Part shown: positions 1-8,983 of the stretch, piece after piece
Position numbering within the stretch: the stretch's first letter is position 1
Layout: every line of letters begins with the position of its first letter
DNA from: an uncultured archaeon
GTDB lineage: Archaea > Micrarchaeota > Micrarchaeia > Micrarchaeales > CABMGC01
DNA length: 32,000 nt
Reading direction: 5' to 3'
Assembly (NCBI GenBank): GCA_963704435.1
Contig: OY969902.1
Location: 510,001-542,000 of the forward strand
Position numbers and translations under genes: made by a program
The notes under the pieces: generated by a model
The model's database searches: none
The model's input: the letters and a program-made list of their open reading frames with translations, nothing else
Told to the model about the DNA's origin: nothing

Positions 1-8
1 ATAAAGTT

Positions 9-108
9 GGGCTCCTAGCGTAACGGTAGCGCGCCTGCATGGCATGCAGGAGGTTGCGGGTTCGAATGGGTCCGGTCCGCCGGGTCCACGAAAATCCCGC
101 GGAGTCCA
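9..108 (+). tRNA. tRNA-Ala(GGC) with 28-nt T-loop intron (intron 67..94)
   Basis: Acceptor GGGCTCC (9-15) pairs with GGAGTCC (101-107) including the G3:U70 alanine identity pair; discriminator A108; D arm GCGT-AACGGTA-GCGC; anticodon arm CCTGC-ATGGCAT-GCAGG, anticodon GGC at 41-43; T stem GCGGG (56-60)/CCCGC (96-100). Removing 67-94 restores T-loop TTCGAAT. Confidence 0.92.
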
Positions 109-204
109 TCTTTTCGTTTACTGTACAGAGAACCACGCATTCACTGTGGTTCCGTCTCCCTGTGAGCTTAGAATTTGAACTGCAAGAAAACGTCGGGCAA
201 CAAG

Positions 205-681
205 TCAATTCCGTCTCTTCTCCTTGATTTGCAAATTCTGCTTTTGCGCGACATGCGCTTTCAAGATCTTGGAAAGCTCCGGGATCGACGTCGCGGTTCC
301 CCCACTGCTCTTGAGGGGCACCGCCAGCATCGGATTGTCATTTCCTCCGATAAGGGTTCTGACGTCAGTCTTCAGGCCTATTAGGTGCTTTCCGTAGGCA
401 CAGGCCATCCCCAGCTCGTAGGCCGCCCCCTCGTCCGGCACCCTCCCGTCATAGACCATGACGACGATGTCCGTTTCCTTGAGTTTCCTCACGTCCAAAG
501 CGAATATCATTTCCTTTGCCTTGTCCTCCGCGATGCCCTGTTCCAGCAGATCGGACAGTCTAAGCCCGTCCCTTTGCGGCAGAAAGGTGTCTATGCCCGC
601 TTCCCTCACACAGGCATCCACCTTCTCGTTGAACTCCAGCTCTCCCTGCGAGAACAGCGGGCCCGCGATGTACGCTTTCAT
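205..681 (-). CDS. nucleoside 2-deoxyribosyltransferase family protein
   Basis: MKAYIAGPLFSQGELEFNEKV... and ...DGRVPDEGAAYELGMACAYGK are typical of the nucleoside 2-deoxyribosyltransferase fold; start at the internal Met (681). Confidence 0.85.
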   Translation of the reverse strand: MKAYIAGPLFSQGELEFNEKVDACVREAGIDTFLPQRDGLRLSDLLEQGIAEDKAKEMIFALDVRKLKETDIVVMVYDGRVPDEGAAYELGMACAYGKHLIGLKTDVRTLIGGNDNPMLAVPLKSSGGTATSIPELSKILKAHVAQKQNLQIKEKRRN

Positions 682-785
682 GTTTTCCCCACCCTCCACG
701 ACGCCCCCAGAAGTAGAATCGTCAAGGAATAAAAATTCTCATCTTCGAATCTTTTACCAAGGGGCTGAAATGCACAAACAGTCTA

Positions 786-830
786 ATCTTTCAACATTTA
801 GTTGAAATAAACGAAAGATATTTAAATATT
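786..830. promoter_or_regulatory. promoter/operator of the heat-shock cluster: nested inverted repeats followed by TATA-like ATATTTAAATAT
   Basis: TTTCAAC(789-795)-5 nt-GTTGAAA(801-807); ATCTTTC(786-792)/GAAAGAT(813-819); A/T-rich palindrome ATATTTAAATAT (818-829), upstream of ATG 850. Confidence 0.6.
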
Positions 831-849
831 TAGACATAATATAGTAAGC

Positions 850-1344
850 ATGCATTCCGAGGAGCGCATAATAATAAGGTCCATCGCCAAGCCTACTGCG
901 GACAGCGTGGAGGAGCTGACTTTCTGGTTCTGCAGGGCGTTCGACCTCGCCTCAGGCGGCGAGGCCCTCGAGCCCAGCCTGTTCAAGGAGATCGTGAGCG
1001 CCAGCGTGGAGGGCACCGGCGTCACGAGCAAGGAGCTCAATGACCGGCTCGCCGTGCCGCGGACCACAGTCATCTACCACCTCAACAGGTTCATAGGCTC
1101 CGGGCTCGTTGTCCGGAAAGGTCGGAAGTACTTCCTGCGCTCCGAGGACATGGAGAGCACGATAGAGGAGCTCCAGGCTGACATGACCCGCGAGTTCAGC
1201 CGCATGCTCGCTTTCGCTGAGAAATTTGACGAGATACTGGCAGGCGATGCCGCCGCCATCGGAAGGAGGAGAATAAATGCCGAAAGACAAAGAACCGAAG
1301 GAAAACGGAGAGTCGAAGCAAACAGCAACCGGAGAAAGCGCTGA
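850..1344 (+). CDS. winged-HTH transcriptional regulator (ArsR-like), candidate regulator of grpE-dnaK-dnaJ
   Basis: VTSKELNDRLAVPRTTVIYHLNRFIGSGLVVRKGRKYFLR winged-helix motif; overlaps the grpE start. Confidence 0.75.
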   Translation: MHSEERIIIRSIAKPTADSVEELTFWFCRAFDLASGGEALEPSLFKEIVSASVEGTGVTSKELNDRLAVPRTTVIYHLNRFIGSGLVVRKGRKYFLRSEDMESTIEELQADMTREFSRMLAFAEKFDEILAGDAAAIGRRRINAERQRTEGKRRVEANSNRRKR

Positions 1345-1786
1345 ATCCCCCCAGGTGGCGGAGCTGAAGGACAGGCTGCTGAGGCTCGCCGCCGAGTTCG
1401 ACAACTACAAGAAGCGCGTCGCCAGGGACATCGACTCAGCGAAGACGCTGGGGAAGGCGGAGCTCATGCGGGGCATGGTGCCGGTGCTGGACGAGTTCGA
1501 GCTCGCGATAAACGCGAAGGGCCTCGACGACGAGTCCGCCAGGGGCATCGAGCTCGTATATTCCAACCTCATGGAATCCCTGAAACGGGAGGGCCTTAGG
1601 ACCGTCGAGGTGGACGGGAAGTTCGACCCGTTCAGGCACGAGATCGTGCTGACTCGGGAAAGTAACGAGGAAGACGGCGTGATCATCGGAGTGGTGCGGA
1701 AGGGCTACGCGCTTGGCGACCTGCTGATAAGGCCAGCGTCTGTTATCGTTTCAAAGAAGTTTATAGAGAAAGGTGAATCAAAATGA
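1277..1786 (+). CDS. grpE: nucleotide exchange factor GrpE
   Basis: ELKDRLLRLAAEFDNYKKRVARDIDSAK...GELVYSNLMESLKREGL...FDPFRHEIV...KGYALGDLLIRPASVIVSK GrpE signatures. Confidence 0.93.
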   Translation: MPKDKEPKENGESKQTATGESAESPQVAELKDRLLRLAAEFDNYKKRVARDIDSAKTLGKAELMRGMVPVLDEFELAINAKGLDDESARGIELVYSNLMESLKREGLRTVEVDGKFDPFRHEIVLTRESNEEDGVIIGVVRKGYALGDLLIRPASVIVSKKFIEKGESK

Positions 1787-2715
1787 ATAATTCAGATTTC
1801 GCACAATCAATGCAGGAAATTTCAAAAATCAGAGAATATGGCAATTTCCAAACCATAAAAAATAGAATTGGCGAAACGAAATTAAAGAATTCGTTGCTTA
1901 CTCTTTATCCAAAGTATACGATAAAGGAGATAGAATCAATTACGGGTATTGCGGATTCCACTTTAGCGAGATGGTTTAAATATTTCGGCATATTCCCAGA
2001 AATGCGATGGCACATAAAAATCATATCAAAAGCAGGCACTAAAACCAGCGAACGTCTGCTGAGAAAAGGAAATACTTTCACAAAAAGGCTCACTGTGCAA
2101 ATTACTCCCGACTTGGCCTATTTAATTGGATTCGCCTTAGGTGATGGGGCGATACAAACTTACATGGTAGAGGTTTTCAACAAAAATGAAGGATTTTATC
2201 AGTATCTAAGTCAAATTATGAAAACGTATGGCTCAGTGACTGAAGATAGAAGACCAAATGGCTTGTGGCGACTGAGATTATCTAGTGTCATGATAGCAAA
2301 TCTGATAAAGAAGAATAAAGAAATTGATAAAGAAACAATTGATTTTATTTTTAAAAATAAGAAATTAACAAGAAAGTTTATCGCTGCATTTTGGGATGCT
2401 GAGGGGACTGTTCGGAGGCAAAATAAATATTATCACATCTATTTGTATAATACAAACAAATATCTTTTAGATAAAGTTTGCGAATTCCTTCAAGCTAAAA
2501 AAATAGAGTATTCAATTCATTCTAGAGACGACACAAAACGCAGTTATAAGTTAAAAGGTCGGCCAATAAGGGCTACTAAAATACTGCACAGGATTTCGAT
2601 ACCAAAATCATCCGCATTAATTTGGGCCAAAGAAATTGGCATACATATGCTGCATTCAAAAAAGAATTATTTTGTAAAAGAACTAATACTATCTAAAGGT
2701 GGTAAATATGAGTAA
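1783..2715 (+). CDS. freestanding LAGLIDADG homing endonuclease
   Basis: Two LAGLIDADG-like motifs, [16 protein letters not shown] and [17 protein letters not shown]; N-terminal HTH-like segment ([24 protein letters not shown]); markedly more A/T-rich than flanking genes. Confidence 0.88.
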   Translation: MNNSDFAQSMQEISKIREYGNFQTIKNRIGETKLKNSLLTLYPKYTIKEIESITGIADSTLARWFKYFGIFPEMRWHIKIISKAGTKTSERLLRKGNTFTKRLTVQITPDLAYLIGFALGDGAIQTYMVEVFNKNEGFYQYLSQIMKTYGSVTEDRRPNGLWRLRLSSVMIANLIKKNKEIDKETIDFIFKNKKLTRKFIAAFWDAEGTVRRQNKYYHIYLYNTNKYLLDKVCEFLQAKKIEYSIHSRDDTKRSYKLKGRPIRATKILHRISIPKSSALIWAKEIGIHMLHSKKNYFVKELILSKGGKYE

Positions 2716-4543
2716 GATAATCGGCGTGGATTTAGGCACCAGTAATTCAGCAGCCGCGGTTCTTGAGGGCGGAAGGCCCGTTCTGGTACCGAGCGCTGAA
2801 GGGACATCTCTCTACGGCAAGGCGTTCCCGAGCTACGTGGCGTTCACGAAGGACGACCAGCGGCTCGTGGGCGAGCCCGCCAGGAGGCAGGCAATCGCGA
2901 ACACGGACGGCACGGTCTCGGCATTCAAGAGAAAGATGGGGACCGCATACAAGTACAAGGTAAGGGGCAAGGACTATACCCCACAAGAACTGTCCGCCAT
3001 ACTCCTCCAGAAGATAAAGAAGGACTCGGAGGCGTTCCTGGGGGAGGAAGTCAAGAAGGCAGTCATCACGGTCCCTGCATACTTCAACGACAACCAAAGG
3101 CAGGCGACGAAGGACGCCGGAGAAATCGCCGGGCTCGAGGTCGTGAGACTGGTCAACGAACCTACTGCGGCTTGCCTGGCGTACGGCCTGGATAAGACCA
3201 GCAAGGAGATGAAGATACTCGTATACGACTTCGGTGGGGGTACGCTCGACGTCACTGTCATGGAGTTCGGCGGTGGAGTGTTCGAGGTCAAGTCGACCAA
3301 TGGAGACACCCAGCTGGGTGGGACTGACATGGATAACGCGATAGTCAACTTCCTGGTGGGCGAGATAAAGTCCAAGCAGGGTATCGACATAACGAGCGAC
3401 AGGCAGGCGATGCAGAGGCTCCGCGAGGCCGCGGAACGCGCCAAGATAGAGCTGTCAACGGTGCTCACCACCGACATAAACCTGCCGTTCATCGCGGCCG
3501 GGAAGGACGGAAAGGCCGCTCACTTCACGTACTCCCTGACCAGGGCAAAGCTCGAGGATATCGTGCTGCCGATAGTTGAGAAGACCACGAAGCCGGTGGT
3601 GCAGGCGCTGAAGGACGCCAAACTGGAGCCGAAGGGTGTTGACAAGGTCATCCTCATAGGAGGCCCCACGAGGATGCCGATAGTGCAGAGGTACGTCGAG
3701 CAGCTGCTTGGCAAGAAGATAGAGAGGGGCGTTGACCCGATGGAAGCCGTCGCCTTCGGCGCTGCCGTTCAGGCAGGAGTCCTCACTGGGGAGGTGAAGG
3801 ACATCGTGCTCCTTGACGTGACCCCGCTGTCGCTTGGGATAGAGACGCTTGGCGGCGTGTTCACGAAGGTCATCGACAGGAACACCACCATCCCGATCAA
3901 GAAGAGCAACGTCTTCTCGACTGCGGACGACAGCCAGTCCGCCGTTGACATATTCGTCTTCCAGGGGGAGCGTCCCATGGCGCGCGACAACATACTGCTG
4001 GGCAACTTCAAGCTCGACGGGATAGCGCCCGCTCCCAGGGGCGTGCCGCAGATAGAGGTGGCGTTCGACATAGACGCGAACGGGATACTCCACGTGAACG
4101 CGAAGGACAAGGCCACCGGGAAGGAGCAGAGCATCAAGATCGTCGCACCGAACAAGATGGCGAAGGATGACATAGGCAAGAAGATGAAGGAGGCCGAGGA
4201 GTACGCATCGCAGGACAGGGAGACTCTCGAACGCGTCCAGACCGTCAACGACGCTGAGTCGATGGTCTACACCACGGACAAGACCCTTAAGGAGTTCGGT
4301 GACAAGGTACCCAAGGACGTCTCTGAGAAGGTGGAGGGCGCGAGGGACGAGCTCAAGGAGGCGCTGAAGAGCGACAAGTATGAGGACGTGAAGGCGAAGC
4401 TCCAGAGGCTCAGGGACGTGCTGCAGGAGATAGGGTCAAGCGTCTACGGGAAGCCGGGAGACCAGGGCAGCCCCTACGGTGGAGGCCCAGAAGCCGGGCC
4501 TGACCCGACCGAAGGAGGAGCCGATTCCGGCGTGGATAAGTAG
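2708..4543 (+). CDS. dnaK: chaperone DnaK (Hsp70)
   Basis: [73 protein letters not shown]. Confidence 0.97.
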   Translation: MSKIIGVDLGTSNSAAAVLEGGRPVLVPSAEGTSLYGKAFPSYVAFTKDDQRLVGEPARRQAIANTDGTVSAFKRKMGTAYKYKVRGKDYTPQELSAILLQKIKKDSEAFLGEEVKKAVITVPAYFNDNQRQATKDAGEIAGLEVVRLVNEPTAACLAYGLDKTSKEMKILVYDFGGGTLDVTVMEFGGGVFEVKSTNGDTQLGGTDMDNAIVNFLVGEIKSKQGIDITSDRQAMQRLREAAERAKIELSTVLTTDINLPFIAAGKDGKAAHFTYSLTRAKLEDIVLPIVEKTTKPVVQALKDAKLEPKGVDKVILIGGPTRMPIVQRYVEQLLGKKIERGVDPMEAVAFGAAVQAGVLTGEVKDIVLLDVTPLSLGIETLGGVFTKVIDRNTTIPIKKSNVFSTADDSQSAVDIFVFQGERPMARDNILLGNFKLDGIAPAPRGVPQIEVAFDIDANGILHVNAKDKATGKEQSIKIVAPNKMAKDDIGKKMKEAEEYASQDRETLERVQTVNDAESMVYTTDKTLKEFGDKVPKDVSEKVEGARDELKEALKSDKYEDVKAKLQRLRDVLQEIGSSVYGKPGDQGSPYGGGPEAGPDPTEGGADSGVDK

Positions 4544-4554
4544 CGTGGATCCCC

Positions 4555-5277
4555 ATGTCAGACTACTATGAAGTTCTAGGCGTAGGAAGGAACGCCACGC
4601 AGGACGAGATAAAGCGGGCGTACCGCGAACTTGCTCTGCGCTACCACCCGGACAAGAACAAGTCCAAAGAAGCCGAGGAGCGGTTCAAAAAGGCTAACGA
4701 GGCCTACGCGGTGCTGGGGGACCCGGAGAAGAGGAGGCAGTACGACGTCCTCGGCTCGGATCGGTTCGGTCAGCAGTTCTCCCCTGATGACATATTTCGC
4801 GGATTTGACCCGAACGACATCCTCCGGGACATAATGCAGGGAGCCTTCTCATCGTTCGGCGGCGGGGGCGGCCCTTTCCAGGACATGTTTTCCCAGATGA
4901 ACCAGGGGGTCAATCTCTCACTGTCCTTGAAGGACATGGAGAACGGGCTCGACAGGGAGTTCGAGGTCAATCTCCAAAAGATCTGCGGGAACTGCAGGGG
5001 CACCGGCGGCGAGCCGGGGTCGAAGCAGATAAAGTGCCCCGCATGCAACGGTGCTGGCAGCGTCCGCGTGAACCAGCGAACGCCTTTTGGGACGATACAG
5101 GCCATAACCACGTGCAGCCGCTGCGGAGGCAGGGGAAAGACCTATGAGAAAATCTGCAGGACTTGCTCAGGGCGCGGACAGGTGCTCGTAAAGGAAAGGT
5201 TCAGGATTAAAGTGGAGAATACTTCGGACGGCGCCGGCGGGGACAAGAAACAGAGGGGCAGGTTCGGCATATTCTAG
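4555..5277 (+). CDS. dnaJ: DnaJ-like co-chaperone lacking the C-terminal substrate-binding domains
   Basis: J domain with HPD, Gly/Phe region, four CxxCxGxG motifs ([32 protein letters not shown]), then only about 28 residues before the stop. Confidence 0.92.
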   Translation: MSDYYEVLGVGRNATQDEIKRAYRELALRYHPDKNKSKEAEERFKKANEAYAVLGDPEKRRQYDVLGSDRFGQQFSPDDIFRGFDPNDILRDIMQGAFSSFGGGGGPFQDMFSQMNQGVNLSLSLKDMENGLDREFEVNLQKICGNCRGTGGEPGSKQIKCPACNGAGSVRVNQRTPFGTIQAITTCSRCGGRGKTYEKICRTCSGRGQVLVKERFRIKVENTSDGAGGDKKQRGRFGIF

Positions 5278-6356
5278 CGGTATGTCCGCACTATCCTGGC
5301 CGAATCGCTGCCGATCGCGCCCTGCCTCTTCGCCGAGAACAGCATCAGTCCCAACGTCGTTATGCTCACCCCCAGCATCAGCAGGTATAGCTCAAATCCC
5401 GCGGTGCCGAAACCGCCGACGACCGGCAGCAGGGCGATGGTGGCGAACGTGAGAAGGGGCGGTATCGCAGGCAGCGCTACCCTGTACCTCTTCGACACGT
5501 ACATTGCGAACACCAGGCCGAATGCCGACCCGATTATTATCAGCAGGCACATGAAGTAGCTGAAATAGGACGCGTAGGCGCTCACCACCAGCATGAGTGG
5601 TATTGCGAGGTCCCCGGTTCCCAGGGCTGAGAACGACGGGACGGGATAGCTGCCTGACTTCACCAGCTTCTTGATGATCGGATTCTTCACCTTGCTCTCC
5701 GCGATCGATTTGTTCAGGCTCTTTATCTCATTGCCCTTCAGGTAGCTCTTAGGCACCACCTCGACATCATAGGCGCCCACCATGAACGCGAGGTTCCTGT
5801 TCACGGATTCCCTTCCCAGTGCCACCATGTGCTTCGTCACGAAAACCGCCACGTAGTCGTACACCGCTATGAACGCCATGAGCGCGTACGCCGCGAAGAA
5901 GCTGAAGTAGCTGCCGAGCACCACCCCCACTCCAATGCTCGCGATCACCGCCGTGAGGTTCCTGAGTCGCGGCTGCTTATTCTTCGCGATGATCAGCGCT
6001 ATGGCCGCCGCGAGCGAGATCAGGAGGGCGTATGCGCCCCCTGCCTGCGGGAGGAACGGGCTGAGGATTATTATGAACAGGTAGAAGGACGCCGAGACGA
6101 CGACAACGGCCTCTATTATGGTGAACAGCGCGTTTCCGTGGTAGACCCTGAACAGGAGCACCATCACCAGGGCCGCGGCGATTATGTAGACGAAGTAGAA
6201 CAGTATCTGGGACGCCGATGACGTGGATGTCACTACCTGGACCTGCGCCGGCGAGATGAGATAGAACGCGATGAGCGCCCCGCAGAGCTGCACTATGAGG
6301 AAAAGCGACAGTATCGTTGCTAGCTGCCTGTACTCTATGCTCTTCAAACTCGACAC
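5274..6356 (-). CDS. presenilin / signal peptide peptidase-like (A22-type) intramembrane aspartyl protease
   Basis: Multi-TM protein with [18 protein letters not shown] (YD motif) and [11 protein letters not shown] (GxGD motif), then ALPAIPPL. Confidence 0.85.
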   Translation of the reverse strand: MSSLKSIEYRQLATILSLFLIVQLCGALIAFYLISPAQVQVVTSTSSASQILFYFVYIIAAALVMVLLFRVYHGNALFTIIEAVVVVSASFYLFIIILSPFLPQAGGAYALLISLAAAIALIIAKNKQPRLRNLTAVIASIGVGVVLGSYFSFFAAYALMAFIAVYDYVAVFVTKHMVALGRESVNRNLAFMVGAYDVEVVPKSYLKGNEIKSLNKSIAESKVKNPIIKKLVKSGSYPVPSFSALGTGDLAIPLMLVVSAYASYFSYFMCLLIIIGSAFGLVFAMYVSKRYRVALPAIPPLLTFATIALLPVVGGFGTAGFELYLLMLGVSITTLGLMLFSAKRQGAIGSDSARIVRTYR

Positions 6357-6442
6357 CAGCCTATCCGGCAGATGCCTGCCGGTGCAGAATGCTTAGCTGC
6401 CAAGAAATTTAAAGCTAAACGGCTCCGGACCTGCGGCGGAGG

Positions 6443-8113
6443 CTAATGGGCAGTCACGTTTGCGGGAACCATGCCCGCGTCGGTTATGACGGTTATCCGG
6501 TATGTGGTCCCGTTCGTGAGCTCGGGGACGGCAAACGGTTCGGCCGGCCCGAGGCTGCCGCTGAAGGAAAGCGTGACCGAGGATCCCGGAGACAGCTCAT
6601 ATCCCGGTTCCGCGGGCGGCTGCGACTGCTTGAACGGCTGCGCGGAGGGCGCCACTGATACCGGACCGAATCCGCCGGGGCCGAAAGGCAGGGACAGCGT
6701 GCCGTTCTTATTCACTATAAAGACCGCCCCGGTAGGGTTCTGGAATCCGAACCCAGCCGTGCCGCCTGTGAAGAAGGGCTGGCTTGCGTTTTCCCCTAGG
6801 CCGACTATCCGTATCCTGCTGACCGGGCTGTGCATCCTTATCTCAACTGAATTGGCTCCGTCACGGTGGGATATCGAATAGATATCGCGCGCATCTATGG
6901 TAAAAGTCGAATTCTGGGCCTGGGAGGAATTCTGGGCCTGGGAGGAATTCTGGGCCTGGGAGGAATTCTGGGCCTGGGAGGAATTCTGGGCCTGGGAGGA
7001 ATTCTGGGCCTGGGAGGAATTCTGGGCCTGGGATGAGTTAAACTCCCTGCCCGCCCACGAGGTCCCGAAATGCGAGTCGTTAATGACATCCATGCCAAAG
7101 TTCGCGGGTTTCGCCCCGTAACCGTCCAGCGAAATGCCGATCACAGTCACATTGCGGTCTCCGGTGTTCTTCAGCGATATGTTGAAAGTGGTGGTATTCC
7201 CGTGGACTCCCAGAGCAACATTGGAGACCGTGACGTTCGGACCCGCACTTGGAAACGCTTTCTGATACGGCTGCTTCAAAGGCCAAAATGCCCCTTCTGG
7301 AGGGACGCCACTGCTCGGAGTGCGGTTGTACATGTCCGGCTGTGAGATCACCGACGCCCTTAGTGTCGGGAAGAGCACGAATTGCGTCGCGTTGTCTGAG
7401 TACACTTCAGTCACGACCGGAGAGAAATCCAGCAATATGCCTGACGAGGCATTGACGCCTTTCGCCTCTTCGACATCGGCGGTTATCCGCTTCTGGGCGA
7501 GCTGCACGCCATAGGTTACGTTATCGATGATTATGCTTGCTGCAGTCACGTTGAACCTGACCTCGGACACGTTCGAGCCGATCTTCATCTGGGCTCCGCC
7601 CATCACCTGGCTCGTGTTTATCAGGTCCATCAGGTTTAGCCTGCCGGTCGAGTTCACCGGGACCCATTCCGAACTATTTCCGTAGCCCACATGCACACTG
7701 AGGGAAGAGTAGTTTATGTATAGCGCCTGCGTCCCGGACGGCACCTGGGGTGGATCTGTTATGCTTACCGGGACATAGGTCGAATTCGGGCCCTGGGAAT
7801 ACAGGTATGCCGAAAAGACCGCCGCAGCCAATAGCGCAAATGCGATGAGCGTGACGATTATCCTGCCGCTTGGCACCATTCCTTCGGAGCGCTGCTCTGA
7901 CACAGTCACGCCAGGATTTATCCTGTAGTATTTCCACTTCTTAACGTGCTCGTTCTCCTCCTGCTCTATGCTGCCCGAGGTTTCGAGATCGTGGAGGTGC
8001 TTGCTTACGGTCGACGGTGCCAAATTAAGCGTCTCGCTGATCTTGCTAGGGTTGTTCTTACCTTCTGAAATCAGCTTGAGGATCTTCCCCTTTGTGTCCC
8101 CCTGTTTTGCCAT
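6443..8113 (-). CDS. membrane-anchored wHTH regulator with large sequon-rich ectodomain
   Basis: N-terminal ArsR-like wHTH (GKILKLISEGKNNPSKISETLNLAPSTVSKHLHDLETSGSI), one TM (IIVTLIAFALLAAAVFSAYLY), ectodomain rich in N-x-S/T; start at MAKQGDTK (8113) fits a leaderless TATA at 8134-8145. Confidence 0.8.
   Translation of the reverse strand: MAKQGDTKGKILKLISEGKNNPSKISETLNLAPSTVSKHLHDLETSGSIEQEENEHVKKWKYYRINPGVTVSEQRSEGMVPSGRIIVTLIAFALLAAAVFSAYLYSQGPNSTYVPVSITDPPQVPSGTQALYINYSSLSVHVGYGNSSEWVPVNSTGRLNLMDLINTSQVMGGAQMKIGSNVSEVRFNVTAASIIIDNVTYGVQLAQKRITADVEEAKGVNASSGILLDFSPVVTEVYSDNATQFVLFPTLRASVISQPDMYNRTPSSGVPPEGAFWPLKQPYQKAFPSAGPNVTVSNVALGVHGNTTTFNISLKNTGDRNVTVIGISLDGYGAKPANFGMDVINDSHFGTSWAGREFNSSQAQNSSQAQNSSQAQNSSQAQNSSQAQNSSQAQNSSQAQNSTFTIDARDIYSISHRDGANSVEIRMHSPVSRIRIVGLGENASQPFFTGGTAGFGFQNPTGAVFIVNKNGTLSLPFGPGGFGPVSVAPSAQPFKQSQPPAEPGYELSPGSSVTLSFSGSLGPAEPFAVPELTNGTTYRITVITDAGMVPANVTAH
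6911..7036. repeat. seven tandem copies of an 18-bp unit (attctgggcctgggagga) encoding (NSSQAQ)7 on the minus strand
   Basis: Read directly; units start at 6911, 6929, 6947, 6965, 6983, 7001, 7019; the last unit diverges at its end. Confidence 0.97.
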
Positions 8114-8133
8114 GAGATGATTATGCCGCCGCA

Positions 8134-8290
8134 ATATATATAATTATGCGATATATTTCGCTTTTCGTTTCGCTTTTCAACAAGCAGCGAAAACGAAGCT
8201 CCGGCCATAAAGATTTCCCACGTAAACAAAAGCGAAGTTAAAGCGAAGTGATGAAAAAGCCTTATATATTTGCTCGCGGCAATTAAGCCC
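8134..8290. promoter_or_regulatory. divergent promoter with mirrored AAAGCGAA boxes
   Basis: TTTCGCTTTTC at 8156-8166 and 8168-8178; GCGAAAACGAAG at 8187-8198; AAAGCGAAGT at 8229-8238 and 8240-8249; TATA-like elements at 8134-8145 (minus gene) and 8262-8270 (plus gene). Confidence 0.7.
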
Positions 8291-8983
8291 ATGCCTGATT
8301 ATGCTGTGAAGGTAAAAAACGTCTCTAAGATATTCAAGTCCGGAGAGATAGAAGTAGACGCTCTCAAGGACATATCGTTCGAGCTTGAAAAGGGAGAGTT
8401 TGCTGCGATAGTCGGCCCCTCCGGCAGCGGCAAGTCCACCCTCATGAACATGCTTGGCACCATAGACCGCCCGACCAAGGGGGAAGTGTATATCGATGGC
8501 GTCCCCACTTCGTCGATGACAGGGGACGTCCTTGCGTCTTTCAGGAACAAAAAACTGGGCTTCGTGTTCCAGGCATTCAACCTTGTGATAGGGCTCGACG
8601 CGGAAAAGAACGTGGAGCTTCCCTTGATAGTCAACCGCATCCCGGAACACGAACGGCGCGAAAGGGCTACCAAAATGCTGGACAGGCTCGGCCTGGCGCA
8701 CAGGCTGCATCTCAAACCAAACCAACTGAGCGGAGGGGAGCAGCAAAGGATAGCGGTGGCCAGGGCGCTGATAAACAATCCAACTCTGATACTTGCGGAC
8801 GAGCCAACCGGGAACTTAGACACCAAGACTAGCGAGGGGGTTATAAAACTGCTGAGAGAGGTAAGTGCCACAGGAACAGTTACGATAATAATGGTGACCC
8901 ACAATCCTGATCTTACGAAATATTGCGATAAGGTTATTTACATAAAAGACGGAAAGATTGAGAAAATGCATGTGGTTAAATGA
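8291..8983 (+). CDS. ABC transporter ATP-binding protein, MacB/LolD-type
   Basis: Walker A GPSGSGKST, signature LSGGEQQRIAVARAL, Walker B LILADEPTGNLD; start at MPDYAVKV. Confidence 0.95.
   Translation: MPDYAVKVKNVSKIFKSGEIEVDALKDISFELEKGEFAAIVGPSGSGKSTLMNMLGTIDRPTKGEVYIDGVPTSSMTGDVLASFRNKKLGFVFQAFNLVIGLDAEKNVELPLIVNRIPEHERRERATKMLDRLGLAHRLHLKPNQLSGGEQQRIAVARALINNPTLILADEPTGNLDTKTSEGVIKLLREVSATGTVTIIMVTHNPDLTKYCDKVIYIKDGKIEKMHVVK

Noticed and set aside
1783-2715. Group I intron or intein interpretation of the LAGLIDADG gene
   Set aside because: It interrupts no gene: GrpE ends naturally before it and DnaK starts naturally after it, and there are no splicing motifs.
3455-4093. 212-aa minus-strand ORF within dnaK
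   Set aside because: Antisense of conserved dnaK with no recognisable domain; a known artefact over Hsp70 genes.
6471-7455. ORFs on the opposite frames of the regulator gene, including repetitive products such as (RPRIPP)n and (VWAWEEF)n
   Set aside because: They are alternative-frame shadows of the 18-bp repeat and GC-biased coding sequence; the minus-strand frame has a recognisable wHTH and TM architecture.
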